Assembly: GCA_044226015.1 (NCBI GenBank)
Contig: JBGAHS010000007.1
Location: forward strand, 1-64,000
DNA: 64,000 nucleotides
Direction: 5' to 3'
Source of the DNA: Candidatus Obscuribacteraceae bacterium
GTDB lineage: Bacteria > Cyanobacteriota > Vampirovibrionia > Obscuribacterales > Obscuribacteraceae
The translations under genes and the position numbers were made by a program. The notes under the pieces were generated by a model, which saw only the letters and a program-made list of their open reading frames with translations, made no database searches and had not been told where the DNA came from. Position 1 is the first letter of the stretch; every line of letters starts with the position of its first letter. Positions 38,872-49,481 of this stretch are shown piece by piece.

Positions 38872-39759
38872 ATGTCTTTGAGACTCGGTCTCATTGGTCA
38901 CCCGGTTAGTCATTCATTATCGCCGCCTATGCATAAGGCGGCGTTATCTTTTTTTGGACTGGCTGGCTCTTACGAGTTGCTTGACCTGGACTGTTCCGGC
39001 GCTGAGCTCAAAGCCGCGATTCTCGCTTTGCCAGAGCAGGGCTTCTCTGGTTTCAACATCACCATTCCGCATAAGCAGGTAGCCTTCGAGATAATTGAGT
39101 CTAGCCCCGAAGCTGCAATGCTCGAGGCTGCTAATACTGTTCGCATCGACTCATCTGGCGAAATGTTTGCTCATAATACAGATTTTCCCGGGGTCAGGCT
39201 CGCGCTAGAAGCTGTTTTGAAAGAGCAAAATGTGATCAGCTCGGGTTTATCCAGCGGAAAACTCAAACCCATCGTATTAGGCTTTGGAGGCGCTGCTAGA
39301 GCATGCATTGCCGCTCTGCTTGATCTTGGCGCGCAAAGTGTTTTGATTGGCGTTAGGGATCCAGCAAAAGTTGAAGCAAGTAGTAAGGCGCTTGAGTCTC
39401 GCATCTCATCCTATCTACAACGCAGTTGCCAAATTGAATTGTCTACTTTTGAAGAGCTTCGAACCCGCGATTTGTCTTTGTTGATGAATTGCACTCCAAT
39501 TGGTCTGAGCGCTGAAGAACCCCTTCCTTCTTGGATTTCTCAGGTTTTTTGCCGAGAGAATGCTGAGCAAATCTTCTTCTTCGACACCGTCTACAAGCGT
39601 GATAGGTCTGCGACCTTGCTGATGCAATACGCTCAAAAGCAAGGCATAGCCTGCTGCGACGGTTTGATGATGCTGGTTGAGCAGGCTGCTCTGGCATTTG
39701 AATTTTGGACTCAGCGTCAGATACATTCAAAGCATATGCTGCAAGCGCTGGAATATTAG
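38872..39759 (+). CDS. aroE: Shikimate dehydrogenase
   Basis: GHPVSHSLSP, NITIPHK, AANT, HNTD, GGAARA, DGLMMLVEQA. Confidence 0.93.
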   Translation: MSLRLGLIGHPVSHSLSPPMHKAALSFFGLAGSYELLDLDCSGAELKAAILALPEQGFSGFNITIPHKQVAFEIIESSPEAAMLEAANTVRIDSSGEMFAHNTDFPGVRLALEAVLKEQNVISSGLSSGKLKPIVLGFGGAARACIAALLDLGAQSVLIGVRDPAKVEASSKALESRISSYLQRSCQIELSTFEELRTRDLSLLMNCTPIGLSAEEPLPSWISQVFCRENAEQIFFFDTVYKRDRSATLLMQYAQKQGIACCDGLMMLVEQAALAFEFWTQRQIHSKHMLQALEY

Positions 39760-39834
39760 GGCTCGTCAGCGCAAGTACGCACGGCTATAATAGTAGTGGA
39801 CTCTGGCGATTTTACTAAGGGTACGGGCACGTCA

Positions 39835-40407
39835 ATGATTTGGGATGGATTCCTCTCGCTGGTCTTGGTTTCGTTGTGCTTAGCAGGTTGGAACGTTGGA
39901 TTGATCAACTCGTGGCGTGGACCCATTGCAATGTTGATAGCCACAATAGCTACACAACAGTTCTACATTGATTTCGGAACCTGGATAGCGCAGCAGACTC
40001 TCTGCCAGCCGCAACTTGCAGGTTTCTTTGGCTACACGATGATGTGGTTGGTAGTCGAGATTGTTACCGAGATTATTCTAGGTCTTGTCCTTACCTGGAA
40101 TCGCAAAGAACGCCCGATTCTTTTTGACAGAATCGGTGGCGTCATTTTGGCAGGGGTTAGATGGGCTGTAATCTGCACACTGCCTATGATGGTCATGAAT
40201 CAGACACCAAACAGAATTCCCGAGCCCCCGAAAAAGGAAGACGGGCTCATCAATGAAATGAAGCTGGGCGTCAGCGACTCGGGGCTTTTGAAATTTTTCG
40301 CAGAAATTGGTGATGGAATGAGACCATCATTAGGTTCCTTAGTGCTTTCGACTAAGTCACCGAGTTTCAAACCTAATTGGGATAAACCCAAGGTCGAACT
40401 CAAGTAA
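39835..40407 (+). CDS. CvpA-family membrane protein
   Basis: Four TM segments, DRIGG motif. Confidence 0.7.
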   Translation: MIWDGFLSLVLVSLCLAGWNVGLINSWRGPIAMLIATIATQQFYIDFGTWIAQQTLCQPQLAGFFGYTMMWLVVEIVTEIILGLVLTWNRKERPILFDRIGGVILAGVRWAVICTLPMMVMNQTPNRIPEPPKKEDGLINEMKLGVSDSGLLKFFAEIGDGMRPSLGSLVLSTKSPSFKPNWDKPKVELK

Positions 40408-40430
40408 GGTACAGAGATCTTGCGCCCGAT

Positions 40431-40633
40431 GGGATCCGATTAGAGGTGAGTTAGGATCTCCGCAGCTTCCAGCCTGCATCTAAAACAGGTTCGAAGGGAT
40501 CCGATTAGAAGTGAGTTGGGATCTCATTTGGGAGCACAGTCCTGCAACCTGCATCTAAAACAGGTTCGGCGGGATCCATTTAGAGGTGAGTTGGGATCTC
40601 TTTTGGGAGCGCAGCTTCCAGCCCTGCATCTAG
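40431..40633. repeat. Three imperfect ~65-75-bp repeats with GGGATCC...GGATCTC hairpins
   Basis: Copies start at 40431, 40496, 40571, between convergent genes. Confidence 0.85.
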
Positions 40634-40646
40634 CACAACAGGGAAC

Positions 40647-40994
40647 CTAGAATACGTTATAGCTCTGTCCCTGAAAGAATATTGGAACGAGTTGCATTGC
40701 CAGTCCGAGCTCTCCATCAATGGCGAGCATTCCAGACATTGCTGCTGTCATTGCAGATAACTTACCTTCCATAATCATTTGCAGGTCTTCAGCTGAAATC
40801 GAAATTGTGCAATCGGGCGAAGGAGAGCTGCCATGCTCATATTGTGAGATGTCCAGCGTTCCATTATCTATTTTTGTCAACCAAGGACCATCTTCAATCC
40901 CTGTAATCTGAAGAAGGTATGTTGCTGAAACATTTTGAGCCGCGTTGCTGTTGAAACGCTTTTTCAATTCTTCCATTGGTTGAGCGCTAATCAC
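40647..40994 (-). CDS. SCP2 sterol/lipid-binding domain protein
   Basis: PDCTISIS..GKLSAMTAAMSGMLAIDGELGLAMQL. Confidence 0.85.
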   Translation of the reverse strand: MISAQPMEELKKRFNSNAAQNVSATYLLQITGIEDGPWLTKIDNGTLDISQYEHGSSPSPDCTISISAEDLQMIMEGKLSAMTAAMSGMLAIDGELGLAMQLVPIFFQGQSYNVF

Positions 40995-41173
40995 AATTTC
41001 TCCTTGCGCAGTGCCTGCGCTTCATTTGAAGATAGGGTCATTGACAGAGTATTAAAGACGCTGATTATAACTCAGTCTTAGCGAGCCAAGGCATTATGAG
41101 GAAATTTTTGTTGATTTCTAGTAATGACTTACGTAAACTCGCCCTCTAAAGATGTTCAGCTAAAGGTGCGCTA

Positions 41174-41872
41174 ATGGTTGATAGCAACGAGCAATCTGAA
41201 AAGAAGCCAAATCAATCAAATTGGCAGAAAAATAGACCAAAGCGTCCTCGCGCGTCGATGCAGCTTGTCGACAAGATTTTGCCTTCAGTTATGACTGGTC
41301 TTGGGCTAGACCGACGTATGAAAGAGCATGCATTGATGCAGGTCTGGCCGAGCTTCTTGCCTGTTGCCTTGTCTGAAAAGAGTCGTCCCTTGTTTATGGA
41401 CAATCAGCAAAATCTTGTCATTTCAGCGAGTAACGCTGCCGTGGCACAAGAAATTAGCTTGATGAAAAATAAGCTTTTGCAGAGTTTGAAGATGACGGCT
41501 CGCTCGTTAGGTGTTGAATTGAATGGGCTGCGTGTCGAAATGAAGAACTATCATCAGCCGCTTGAGCCAGAGCTTGCGGAAGCTGCACCGCTTCCGCAAG
41601 CTTCTGAAGAAGACCTGGATCTGGTTGAACTGAACGCAAATGATAAGCAACTCATAGTAGATCTTTCTAAGCAGCTCGCTGAAAATTCAGAATTTGAATC
41701 TGGATTGAAGATGAAAGCTCTCAAAGCTTACGAGCGGCAGCTTCGTCTTGCCCAATGGCGGCGCGTTATGGGATTTCCGGTTTGCCCACTCTGCTCAAAC
41801 CCTGTGCCCAGATTATATGAGCTGGATATGCATAAACTTTGCTTTAGCTGCTGGGCGGCAGCGAAGATTTGA
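41174..41872 (+). CDS. DUF721/DciA-family protein with C-terminal Zn ribbon
   Basis: QVWP..SRP..LVISASNAAVAQEISL; CPLC..CFSC. Confidence 0.75.
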   Translation: MVDSNEQSEKKPNQSNWQKNRPKRPRASMQLVDKILPSVMTGLGLDRRMKEHALMQVWPSFLPVALSEKSRPLFMDNQQNLVISASNAAVAQEISLMKNKLLQSLKMTARSLGVELNGLRVEMKNYHQPLEPELAEAAPLPQASEEDLDLVELNANDKQLIVDLSKQLAENSEFESGLKMKALKAYERQLRLAQWRRVMGFPVCPLCSNPVPRLYELDMHKLCFSCWAAAKI

Positions 41873-41993
41873 ATGCTCTCAAGGTACCTCGTGACTTCTG
41901 TGTTATTATTCAGTCCAAATCTGGAAATGCTGTCCTCTAAAAGTTTTTGCGGACAGGTATTGCGGACACTGTTTGGAGAGCTGAGGTAACCCT

Positions 41994-42683
41994 GTGATTC
42001 GACTGCAAAACGTCTACAAGGAGTACAACGGCAAGCCAGCCTTGATGGATGTGAATCTGCACATTGGGTTGGGTGAGTTTGCTTTTCTGTGCGGTCCATC
42101 AGGCGCGGGCAAATCGACTCTGATGCGACTGCTCTACAGAGAAGAATTGCCGACGCGCGGTACTGTCACCATAGGTGGTGTCAATATTACAAAGCTGTCT
42201 CGCGGGCAAGTTCCACTTTTGAGACGCCGTTTGGGAATTGTGTTCCAAGACTTTAAGCTGCTGCCCAGGCAGACTGTTTTCGATAACGTTGCATATGTTC
42301 TTCGTGCGCTGGGCGTGGATGAGACGGATGTCCGTCGCCGGGTTAACAGCGCTCTGGCGATAGTCAGTCTCGAAGAAAAGGACAATGAATTTCCTGAAAA
42401 CCTTTCTGGTGGCGAACAGCAGCGTGTTGGTATTGCTAGAGCCGTAGTGAATGGTCCACCCGTGCTGCTTGCAGACGAGCCTACAGGAAACCTTGACCCT
42501 CAGACTTCGCTGGAAATTGTGCAGCTTCTTGAGCGCATCAGCCAACGAGGCACAACAGTTTTGATTTCAAGTCACGATTTGCCAATCATTAATGCGATGC
42601 GCAAGCGCGTGATTACGCTCAACAAAGGTCAACTGATTTCAGATGTTGACAGTGGTGTTTACGAACTGGAGGCCCTAAGGTAA
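41994..42683 (+). CDS. ftsE: Cell division ATP-binding protein FtsE
   Basis: GPSGAGKST, VFQDFKLL, LSGGEQQRV, LADEPTGNLD. Confidence 0.95.
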   Translation: MIRLQNVYKEYNGKPALMDVNLHIGLGEFAFLCGPSGAGKSTLMRLLYREELPTRGTVTIGGVNITKLSRGQVPLLRRRLGIVFQDFKLLPRQTVFDNVAYVLRALGVDETDVRRRVNSALAIVSLEEKDNEFPENLSGGEQQRVGIARAVVNGPPVLLADEPTGNLDPQTSLEIVQLLERISQRGTTVLISSHDLPIINAMRKRVITLNKGQLISDVDSGVYELEALR

Positions 42684-42686
42684 GCC

Positions 42687-43556
42687 ATGCGCACCCTCAG
42701 AATCTTTTTTCGTGTGTTGCGAGAAACCACTATAGGACTTCGACGAAGTGGCTGGTCTAACTGGCTCGTGATAAGCATTCTTGCTGTGGCACTCACCATA
42801 TTTGGTGGCGTTCTGCAAACGACTATGGCTATTAAAGACCTGGTCTCTTCCTGGGGCTCTCAGCTTGAGATTTCTGCTTACCTGAAGGAAGGCTTCGAGC
42901 CCCAGAAGGTCGCAAAGGTTGTAAGCCAGATGCCCGATGTGCAGCTGGTCGAAATAGTTCCAAAAGAAGTTGCCTGGGCTGAAATGCAAAGCAACTACAA
43001 AGTGGCGGCCCTCAGTAACCCTCTGCCAAACACACTTCACGTGAAACTATCTAACGTAGCTGCTGTTGAGAAAATCGCGGACAAACTTAAGCTTCTGAGT
43101 TCTATCGAACACATTCGTTTTCCGCTAAAGGTTGCTAGAAACCTCAACAAGGTAAGGCAATTCCTGGAAATCGCAGGTTTCGTGATTACAGGCGCACTTT
43201 CTGCTGCCACGCTTATCGTAATTGGTAATACGATTCACCTGGTTATTCAATCAAGACAACGCGAAATTGAGATTCTCAGCCTCACAGGTGTGAGCCCCTG
43301 GTATATCAAGGGACCCCTGATTCTTCAAGGTGCGAGTTATGGTTGTGCCGCAGCAATTATTGCCGGTTCCTTGCTCTTCGGACTGCACAGTTATATGGAT
43401 CCCTACCTGCACGAACAGCTCGTAAGCTTCTTGCCAATGAATGGGGTAGCTACTGATGTTAACTTGCTTCCTACATTTATCGTAGTGCTTACACTCGGTG
43501 TGGCGGTAGGTGCTGGCGGTTCCGCCTGGACCTCGGGCAAGTACATCAAAATCTAG
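42687..43556 (+). CDS. ftsX: Cell division permease FtsX
   Basis: NPLP, IGNTIHLVIQSRQREIEI; follows ftsE. Confidence 0.92.
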   Translation: MRTLRIFFRVLRETTIGLRRSGWSNWLVISILAVALTIFGGVLQTTMAIKDLVSSWGSQLEISAYLKEGFEPQKVAKVVSQMPDVQLVEIVPKEVAWAEMQSNYKVAALSNPLPNTLHVKLSNVAAVEKIADKLKLLSSIEHIRFPLKVARNLNKVRQFLEIAGFVITGALSAATLIVIGNTIHLVIQSRQREIEILSLTGVSPWYIKGPLILQGASYGCAAAIIAGSLLFGLHSYMDPYLHEQLVSFLPMNGVATDVNLLPTFIVVLTLGVAVGAGGSAWTSGKYIKI

Positions 43557-43743
43557 CAGTTGCATTAGCACAGGCTGACCATCCGTCGTCAATCATAAGA
43601 TTGCCACGAGCCTGCTGATGACTTCTATGTGGAAGCTTTATCATTCCGCGGGCTTTGAGTCTGAGAGCTAACAGGCAAGAAAGAATCAGGACTTTCGCTT
43701 TATGCTGGAAGCCATTTCAGTTCTTGCGATTGCGTGTTTGGTT

Positions 43744-44334
43744 CTACTTTGCGCCTGGCTCTTGAACTGTCATTTTTACGATTTTGTCGCCATCGCGCAA
43801 TGCATTGAGTGTTGGCATTCCGTCGATGACTGTTCCAAATACAGGGTCTTGATAGTCTAGCTTTGGCTGAGCACTCAGGCAAATATAGAACTGGCAACTC
43901 GCGGAGTTTGGATCAGACGTTCTTGCCATAGAGACAGAGCCAAGGTTGTGCGTTAAGCTCGACTTCATTTCCAGTGGAATCTTTCTTTCTTGATGCGTAG
44001 ATGGATCCACATAAACACCAGTACCAGTGCCCTGAGGGTCTCCACCCTGAATTAAGAATCCAGGAACATAGCGATGAAATTTGATGCCGTTATAAAAGCC
44101 TTTCTGCACCAGGTCAATAAAGTTTGCCACCGTAATTGGTGTCTCTTTTCGGTTGAGTGAAAACTTTATAGGTCCCTTGCTTGTCTCCATCGTAACAACG
44201 GGCTCATTTGTCGGACCCGGCTTCTTCGGAGTCAAAGCATTTGCTCCAGAACTATTTGCTAATGCCAGCAAGAGTCCCAAAGCAGCGACTTTTCGCAGAT
44301 TGAAATTGAATGCTCTATTTCTGGACACGTTCAT
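43744..44334 (-). CDS. Cyclophilin-type peptidyl-prolyl isomerase, secreted
   Basis: PITVANF, FHRYVPGFLIQGGDP, SMAR, SASCQFYI. Confidence 0.92.
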   Translation of the reverse strand: MNVSRNRAFNFNLRKVAALGLLLALANSSGANALTPKKPGPTNEPVVTMETSKGPIKFSLNRKETPITVANFIDLVQKGFYNGIKFHRYVPGFLIQGGDPQGTGTGVYVDPSTHQERKIPLEMKSSLTHNLGSVSMARTSDPNSASCQFYICLSAQPKLDYQDPVFGTVIDGMPTLNALRDGDKIVKMTVQEPGAK

Positions 44335-44340
44335 TCCTCG

Positions 44341-45468
44341 CTACTCACCTTTTATTTGAATGCGTCGTTCTTTTTCTTGAGAGTTGATCATATCTTTGAT
44401 CGAGTTATCACTTGGGTCGCCATGTCCGTAAGTGCGAGCCTGCTTTTTATCTGCTTCAGCACTCGCTTTCTTGCTTTCAGACTGATTCACCATTGGTTTC
44501 TGGAACGTACCTTTGCCAGCCGGTGCAACGATGTCTATTGTTCCTACCGGAACTCCCTGAGGATAGGTCTGAATTGGAATGGAAATCTTATCGAAGCTGA
44601 ATTCGTCGCCAGGAAAAAATAGAATTCCGTCGGTGTCTTCGCCCGGCAATATTATTCGTTTTCCGAGCCTTCTGTCCTCAAGCCTTCTGCGCGTTTCGTT
44701 TACACCATACGAAACTGGAAAATCCTTTTTCGAAGTGGAAAAATGATCTTGCAGAATTGGCTCAGCAAGCCCTAATGTTCCAAGTGCTGCGGCTCCGAGC
44801 GCAAGCTTCTGATTCTTCGTATACATGCCACCAGACACCGCCATAGCGCGGTCTTCCGACATGACTCCCAATGCTTTTCCATCTTTCAATGAAGCGGCTT
44901 TTTCAGCATCGACTATTATCGCTGCTGAACTATCATTCTTGATGCGAACCTGCACACCAGTGCAATCGAGGCACGGTTTGTTGTAGGTCAATTCGTCCAC
45001 GAATTGCAAAAACTCTCCTGACGGTCCTTTCAAATTCACATTGGTTTGAGGTGGTGCCGCAAACTGATCAACCCCTAAAGGCAAAGTATCTGGTGGCAAC
45101 AGCTTTTGCGACGGACCAGAGGGTGTGCCAGCTCCAGGAACGCGCTGGTCAGGTGGCGAATTTTGCGGTATAGAAAGGTCTGGACTTAAGGGCGGTGCAT
45201 TCAACTCGGCAGGCGCCGTCTGAAATGGTGTTGATACACCTGGCGTGTAAGGTGCTGGCGGTAGCCTCAACGAAGGCTCACTCTCTGCACTGTTTGCGTT
45301 GTTGTTGACTGCAGAAGTTCCCGGGTTCGGATTTTGCGACTGGGGTGCCGCTGGGTTTCCGGTCGTCGGGTTGGCATTGATTGCCGGGTCTATGACGCCG
45401 CCGGTATTTTGGGCCAGTGACTGCGCACTAGCCGATGCCGAATATAGAAGGACAATGCCCACGAGCAC
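44341..45468 (-). CDS. Secreted Pro-rich hypothetical protein
   Basis: Long ORF; start moved to GTG ~45468 because the extension to 45600 overlaps a tRNA. Confidence 0.7.
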   Translation of the reverse strand: MLVGIVLLYSASASAQSLAQNTGGVIDPAINANPTTGNPAAPQSQNPNPGTSAVNNNANSAESEPSLRLPPAPYTPGVSTPFQTAPAELNAPPLSPDLSIPQNSPPDQRVPGAGTPSGPSQKLLPPDTLPLGVDQFAAPPQTNVNLKGPSGEFLQFVDELTYNKPCLDCTGVQVRIKNDSSAAIIVDAEKAASLKDGKALGVMSEDRAMAVSGGMYTKNQKLALGAAALGTLGLAEPILQDHFSTSKKDFPVSYGVNETRRRLEDRRLGKRIILPGEDTDGILFFPGDEFSFDKISIPIQTYPQGVPVGTIDIVAPAGKGTFQKPMVNQSESKKASAEADKKQARTYGHGDPSDNSIKDMINSQEKERRIQIKGE

Positions 45469-45482
45469 TGAACAGAAAAAAT

Positions 45483-45554
45483 TGGCTCCGACAGGATTCG
45501 AACCTGTAACCAGGCGATTATGAGTCGCTCGCTCCACCCTTGAGCTACGGAGCC
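45483..45554 (-). tRNA. tRNA with CAU anticodon, probably tRNA-Ile2 (lysidine type)
   Basis: GGCTCCG acceptor, TAGCTCA D-arm, GCGA-CTCATAA-TCGC anticodon arm as in Ile2 tRNAs, GGTTCGAATCC. Confidence 0.9.
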
Positions 45555-45614
45555 ATCTGTGCTCTGGATTTTTCATTCTATACCAAACGAGCTTTGCCAT
45601 GTTTACCTGTTGCG

Positions 45615-46970
45615 TTATTTGACTTGAGCAACCGGCTGCATGTACCTCTCTATGAAGTCTGTGGATATGTCACCTTTTTGAAACATTGGATGTGAAAGGA
45701 CTTTTTGATGGAATGGAATCGTTGTGTGAATTCCACCGATCGCATACTCGTCAAGTGCGCGCTGCATTCTTTGTATAGCTTCCTGACGTGTTGCTCCCCA
45801 GCAAATGAGCTTGCTCAGCAATGAATCGTAGTTCGGAGGAATACTGTAGCCCGGGTAACAATGGCTGTCTACACGCACTCCGGGTCCGCCTGGCGCCATA
45901 TAAGCATCTATGCGACCAGGGCTTGGCAAAAAGTTACGTTCAGGATCTTCTGCGTTGATTCTGCATTCGATCGCGTGACCACGGAAAGTTACTTCTTCTT
46001 GAGTCAGAGAAAGTTTGTGCCCTGCAGCAACTCTGATTTGTTCTTTTATCAGGTCAAATCCTGAAATCATTTCGGTTACAGGGTGCTCTACTTGAATTCG
46101 GGTGTTCATTTCCATGAAGTAGAACTTGTTTTCTGCGAATATGAATTCGACAGTTCCAGCTCCCTCATAACCAATATTGTGAGCTGCTTGAACAGCTGCC
46201 TCCCCCATTTTTGCACGTATTTCTGGAGTCAGGGCTGGGCTCGGTGCCTCTTCAATGAGCTTCTGGTGTCTTCTCTGAATTGAACAATCTCTCTCCCCAA
46301 AATGGATGACATTGCCGTGAGAGTCTGCCATAACCTGAATTTCAATATGGCGAATAGGCTTAAGGTATTTCTCGATGTAGACTCCAGCGTTTCCGAAAGC
46401 TGCAGCTGCTTCTGACCCAGCTGCTGTTAGCGCCCGGGAAAGCTCTGCCGCATCACGAGCTACGCGCATTCCTTTTCCGCCACCACCGGCAGTGGCTTTG
46501 ATAATTACTGGGAAACCGATTTCTTCAGCGATTATGAACGCTTCTCGTTCGTCTTCTACAAGCCCCTCTGTGCCTGGAACAATTGGCACATTGGCTCGGC
46601 GCATGATGTCTCGGGCTGTCGATTTATCGCCCATGCTGTTCAATGCATACACAGATGGTCCGATGAATTTGACTCTATGGTCTGCACAAATCTGAGCAAA
46701 ATTGGCGTTTTCTGCAAGGAAACCATAACCCGGGTGAATCGCATCTGCGCCAGTGACAACAGCGGTACTGATGAGCGCTGGTATGTGCAGGTAGCTGCGA
46801 TTTGCTGGTGCCGGTCCGATGCAAAATGCTTCATCAGCAAGCTTTACGTGAAGCGACTCTGAGTCAGCTTGCGAATAAACAGCAACGGTTCGAATACCCA
46901 TTTCGCGGCAAGCTCTGATGACTCGAAGGGCGATTTCACCGCGGTTTGCAATAAGTACTTTCTCAAACAC
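45615..46970 (-). CDS. accC: Acetyl-CoA carboxylase, biotin carboxylase subunit
   Basis: [48 protein letters not shown]. Confidence 0.97.
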   Translation of the reverse strand: MFEKVLIANRGEIALRVIRACREMGIRTVAVYSQADSESLHVKLADEAFCIGPAPANRSYLHIPALISTAVVTGADAIHPGYGFLAENANFAQICADHRVKFIGPSVYALNSMGDKSTARDIMRRANVPIVPGTEGLVEDEREAFIIAEEIGFPVIIKATAGGGGKGMRVARDAAELSRALTAAGSEAAAAFGNAGVYIEKYLKPIRHIEIQVMADSHGNVIHFGERDCSIQRRHQKLIEEAPSPALTPEIRAKMGEAAVQAAHNIGYEGAGTVEFIFAENKFYFMEMNTRIQVEHPVTEMISGFDLIKEQIRVAAGHKLSLTQEEVTFRGHAIECRINAEDPERNFLPSPGRIDAYMAPGGPGVRVDSHCYPGYSIPPNYDSLLSKLICWGATRQEAIQRMQRALDEYAIGGIHTTIPFHQKVLSHPMFQKGDISTDFIERYMQPVAQVK

Positions 46971-47014
46971 TTTTTTACTCCCTGTGCGTTAAATCGCACT
47001 GGCAACGACCGAGA

Positions 47015-47506
47015 CTAGACCTTGGGATTCACCATGAACAGTGTCTGTCCATACTCAACAGTGGTGCCGTTTTCAACACAAACTTTAACTACGCGTCCAG
47101 AAATTTCAGCTGGCAGGTCATTCATCAATTTCATTGCTTCGATGATGCACACTGTCTGTCCTGGTGATACCACATCACCAACTGAGACAAAAGGCGGCGC
47201 TGTCGGTGAAGAAGCGCGGTAGAAGGTTCCAACCATTGGAGATGTGATTGGAAGAAGTCCTTTTCCATTGCTTTCATCTTCTGTGGACTTTGCCGCAGCT
47301 GTCGACTGAGACGCTGGCTCATGTGCTGGTGCCTGTGGCGCTACAATTCTGCTCGTTGTCATCGGAATTTCGACAGTAGAAGCAACTAATGTCTTTTCCT
47401 TTTTGATCGTGATCTTTTCTTCGCCTGATTCGATTGAAAGCTCTGTAATGTCCTTCTCTCCAACCATTTCGAGAAGATGCTTGATTTTATCGAGATCGAT
47501 ATCCAC
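47015..47506 (-). CDS. accB: Biotin carboxyl carrier protein
   Basis: SPMVGTFY, EAMK. Confidence 0.96.
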   Translation of the reverse strand: MDIDLDKIKHLLEMVGEKDITELSIESGEEKITIKKEKTLVASTVEIPMTTSRIVAPQAPAHEPASQSTAAAKSTEDESNGKGLLPITSPMVGTFYRASSPTAPPFVSVGDVVSPGQTVCIIEAMKLMNDLPAEISGRVVKVCVENGTTVEYGQTLFMVNPKV

Positions 47507-47541
47507 CGACTTGCCTCACCTTGATTGTAATTACTGCAGAC

Positions 47542-48108
47542 TTAGTTAACTCTCGCTAGATACTTGCGGCTGCGAGTATCAACTCTGATTTTTTCTCCAA
47601 CTTTGATGTGGAAAGGAACGGTGATGATCGCGCCAGTTTCGAGCGTGGCTGGTTTGCCGCCACCAGAGCTGGTATCACCTCTTTCATCAGGTGCTGTTTC
47701 GGAAATGTCTAGTTCAACGGTGTTTGGCAAATCGATACCGATAACATTGCCGTCAAACTTCATAACCGTGATGCCTTCGAGTCCTTCTTTCATGAACTCT
47801 CTTACGCTTCCGATCTGATCGCCTCTGACTTCGATTTGCTCGTATGACTGTTTGTCCATCAATGTGTAGGTGTCATCACCTGTCTTGAAAAGATATTGCA
47901 TTTCGGTCTTTTCAATGTTTGCTGTAGGAACTTTTTCTGCCGCGCGGAAAGTTTGTTCAAGAACGTTGCCAGTTTCTACATTCTTCATCTTGGTACGAAC
48001 GAATGCTGCGCCCTTACCAGGTTTAACGTGCATCGCCTCAACAATTTGCCAAATGCCATTGTTGTACAGAATAGTCACACCTGGGCGAAAGTCGTTACTC
48101 GAAATCAT
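47542..48108 (-). CDS. efp: Elongation factor P
   Basis: HVKPGKGAAFVRTK, KPATLETGA. Confidence 0.97.
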   Translation of the reverse strand: MISSNDFRPGVTILYNNGIWQIVEAMHVKPGKGAAFVRTKMKNVETGNVLEQTFRAAEKVPTANIEKTEMQYLFKTGDDTYTLMDKQSYEQIEVRGDQIGSVREFMKEGLEGITVMKFDGNVIGIDLPNTVELDISETAPDERGDTSSGGGKPATLETGAIITVPFHIKVGEKIRVDTRSRKYLARVN

Positions 48109-48249
48109 ATCTGCTTAATCCTCTCAAATTTCCGTCCGAGTCGTTCTTTTAAATCGGACGCCAAGAAGCTGGCTATATTGCCGGCCAGCAGTGATTCTAG
48201 CATTCTGCTTCTGCCAGCACTGGAAGAGCAGCGATTCTAATCTAAAAAA

Positions 48250-48750
48250 TTAACGCTGCAAATCGGGTGATTCACTTGCTGACAGCTCTTTAACGGTTTG
48301 AACGGCTGGGGGCGAGAGATTCGCAGCGACGCCGAAGAGCGTGTATGTAAAAGCAATAATGAATTTGTAAAGTACTTCGCTGGGCAGGGAAATCTGGCAG
48401 ATTTGCATGAGAGCACTAATGATCAGAATGTTGCCGAGAGCCAGCGATGCAATTCTTACAATCCCATCATATTTTATGGACACCGAGAGAGTCCGCGCCA
48501 AGATTAATCCGGGCACACTAAAGCCAAGGACAACTAGAATCGCAAGCAGCCAATTTGTAGGAACCAGTAGTACATAAAAGAAAAGAGGTAGTAGATAGGC
48601 TCCAACGGTTAGGCGTCGCTTGAAATCTTTGCTCTCAAGTTTGAAATTATCTATGCCTTCAAAAGAGCGTGAGATTCCACGAACGTAAATTGTGTTTTCA
48701 GTCAAAATGCAATTGAATTGATTTTGCTGCTTTGCCAATTGACCCGTCAT
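48250..48750 (-). CDS. Hypothetical membrane protein
   Basis: 166-aa ORF with 3-4 hydrophobic segments. Confidence 0.55.
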   Translation of the reverse strand: MTGQLAKQQNQFNCILTENTIYVRGISRSFEGIDNFKLESKDFKRRLTVGAYLLPLFFYVLLVPTNWLLAILVVLGFSVPGLILARTLSVSIKYDGIVRIASLALGNILIISALMQICQISLPSEVLYKFIIAFTYTLFGVAANLSPPAVQTVKELSASESPDLQR

Positions 48751-48781
48751 GTCGAAAGCCAGAAGGAAAAGTCCAGCAGGC

Positions 48782-49480
48782 TTAGTATTCTTTGTTGACT
48801 TTTTCGTAGTCGCCTTTGAGCCAGCTATAGCCGGGGTTTACGTTGGTGCCAGCGATGTATTCAGCTTCAAAGCTAACCTGCTGCCTTTCGGATTTTGAAG
48901 GAAAAGTCAGCCCCGGGTTGCCGTTTATGTCGTCGAAAACTGTGGTGATAGAACGGCGGAAAGCCGAGTCGCCAGTGCAGTTCATGAATTCTGCTCTGAT
49001 TTCGCGATTTCTCCAAACTGTAATTTTCATGACCGCACGACCTGGAGAGTTAGCTCTCTGGTTCCAAACATTGTAGATGGCCGCAGCCAGCTGTTTATGC
49101 CATTTTTCCCAGGCAAGCACTAGTTCGCGAGAGCCTTTGTCTGCTCCGATGTCGAAACCTTTGGGTAGCCTTGCAAAATCGTCTGATTGAACAGCGCTGC
49201 TTTTTAATTGACCGTCATCAACTTTTCCTGCAAGCGGCGCGCTGGCAAATGCATTGCCATCCACTACTGGAGCGCGGTCGAGCGAAGGTTGCATGGTCTG
49301 TTCTGGGGCGCGTCCTATTCTGTTCTGCTGTTTGTGAATGCGGAAATCTTCTGTTTCAATTCTTCCTTCAAGCGTCTGCGCCACTACCTTTGGTGGCACA
49401 GCTGCGCTGGCTAGTGAAATCAGCATTGCGACAGCCCAGAACAGTCGAGGCAAATTTTGTTTCTTTATGCTTCCAGACAT
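48782..49480 (-). CDS. Secreted hypothetical protein (possible TonB_C-like C-terminus)
   Basis: Signal peptide; coupled to the upstream TPR gene. Confidence 0.7.
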   Translation of the reverse strand: MSGSIKKQNLPRLFWAVAMLISLASAAVPPKVVAQTLEGRIETEDFRIHKQQNRIGRAPEQTMQPSLDRAPVVDGNAFASAPLAGKVDDGQLKSSAVQSDDFARLPKGFDIGADKGSRELVLAWEKWHKQLAAAIYNVWNQRANSPGRAVMKITVWRNREIRAEFMNCTGDSAFRRSITTVFDDINGNPGLTFPSKSERQQVSFEAEYIAGTNVNPGYSWLKGDYEKVNKEY

Positions 49481-49481
49481 T

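Noticed and set aside
45469..45600. N-terminal extension of ORF 44341-45600
   Set aside because: It overlaps a well-formed tRNA gene on the same strand.
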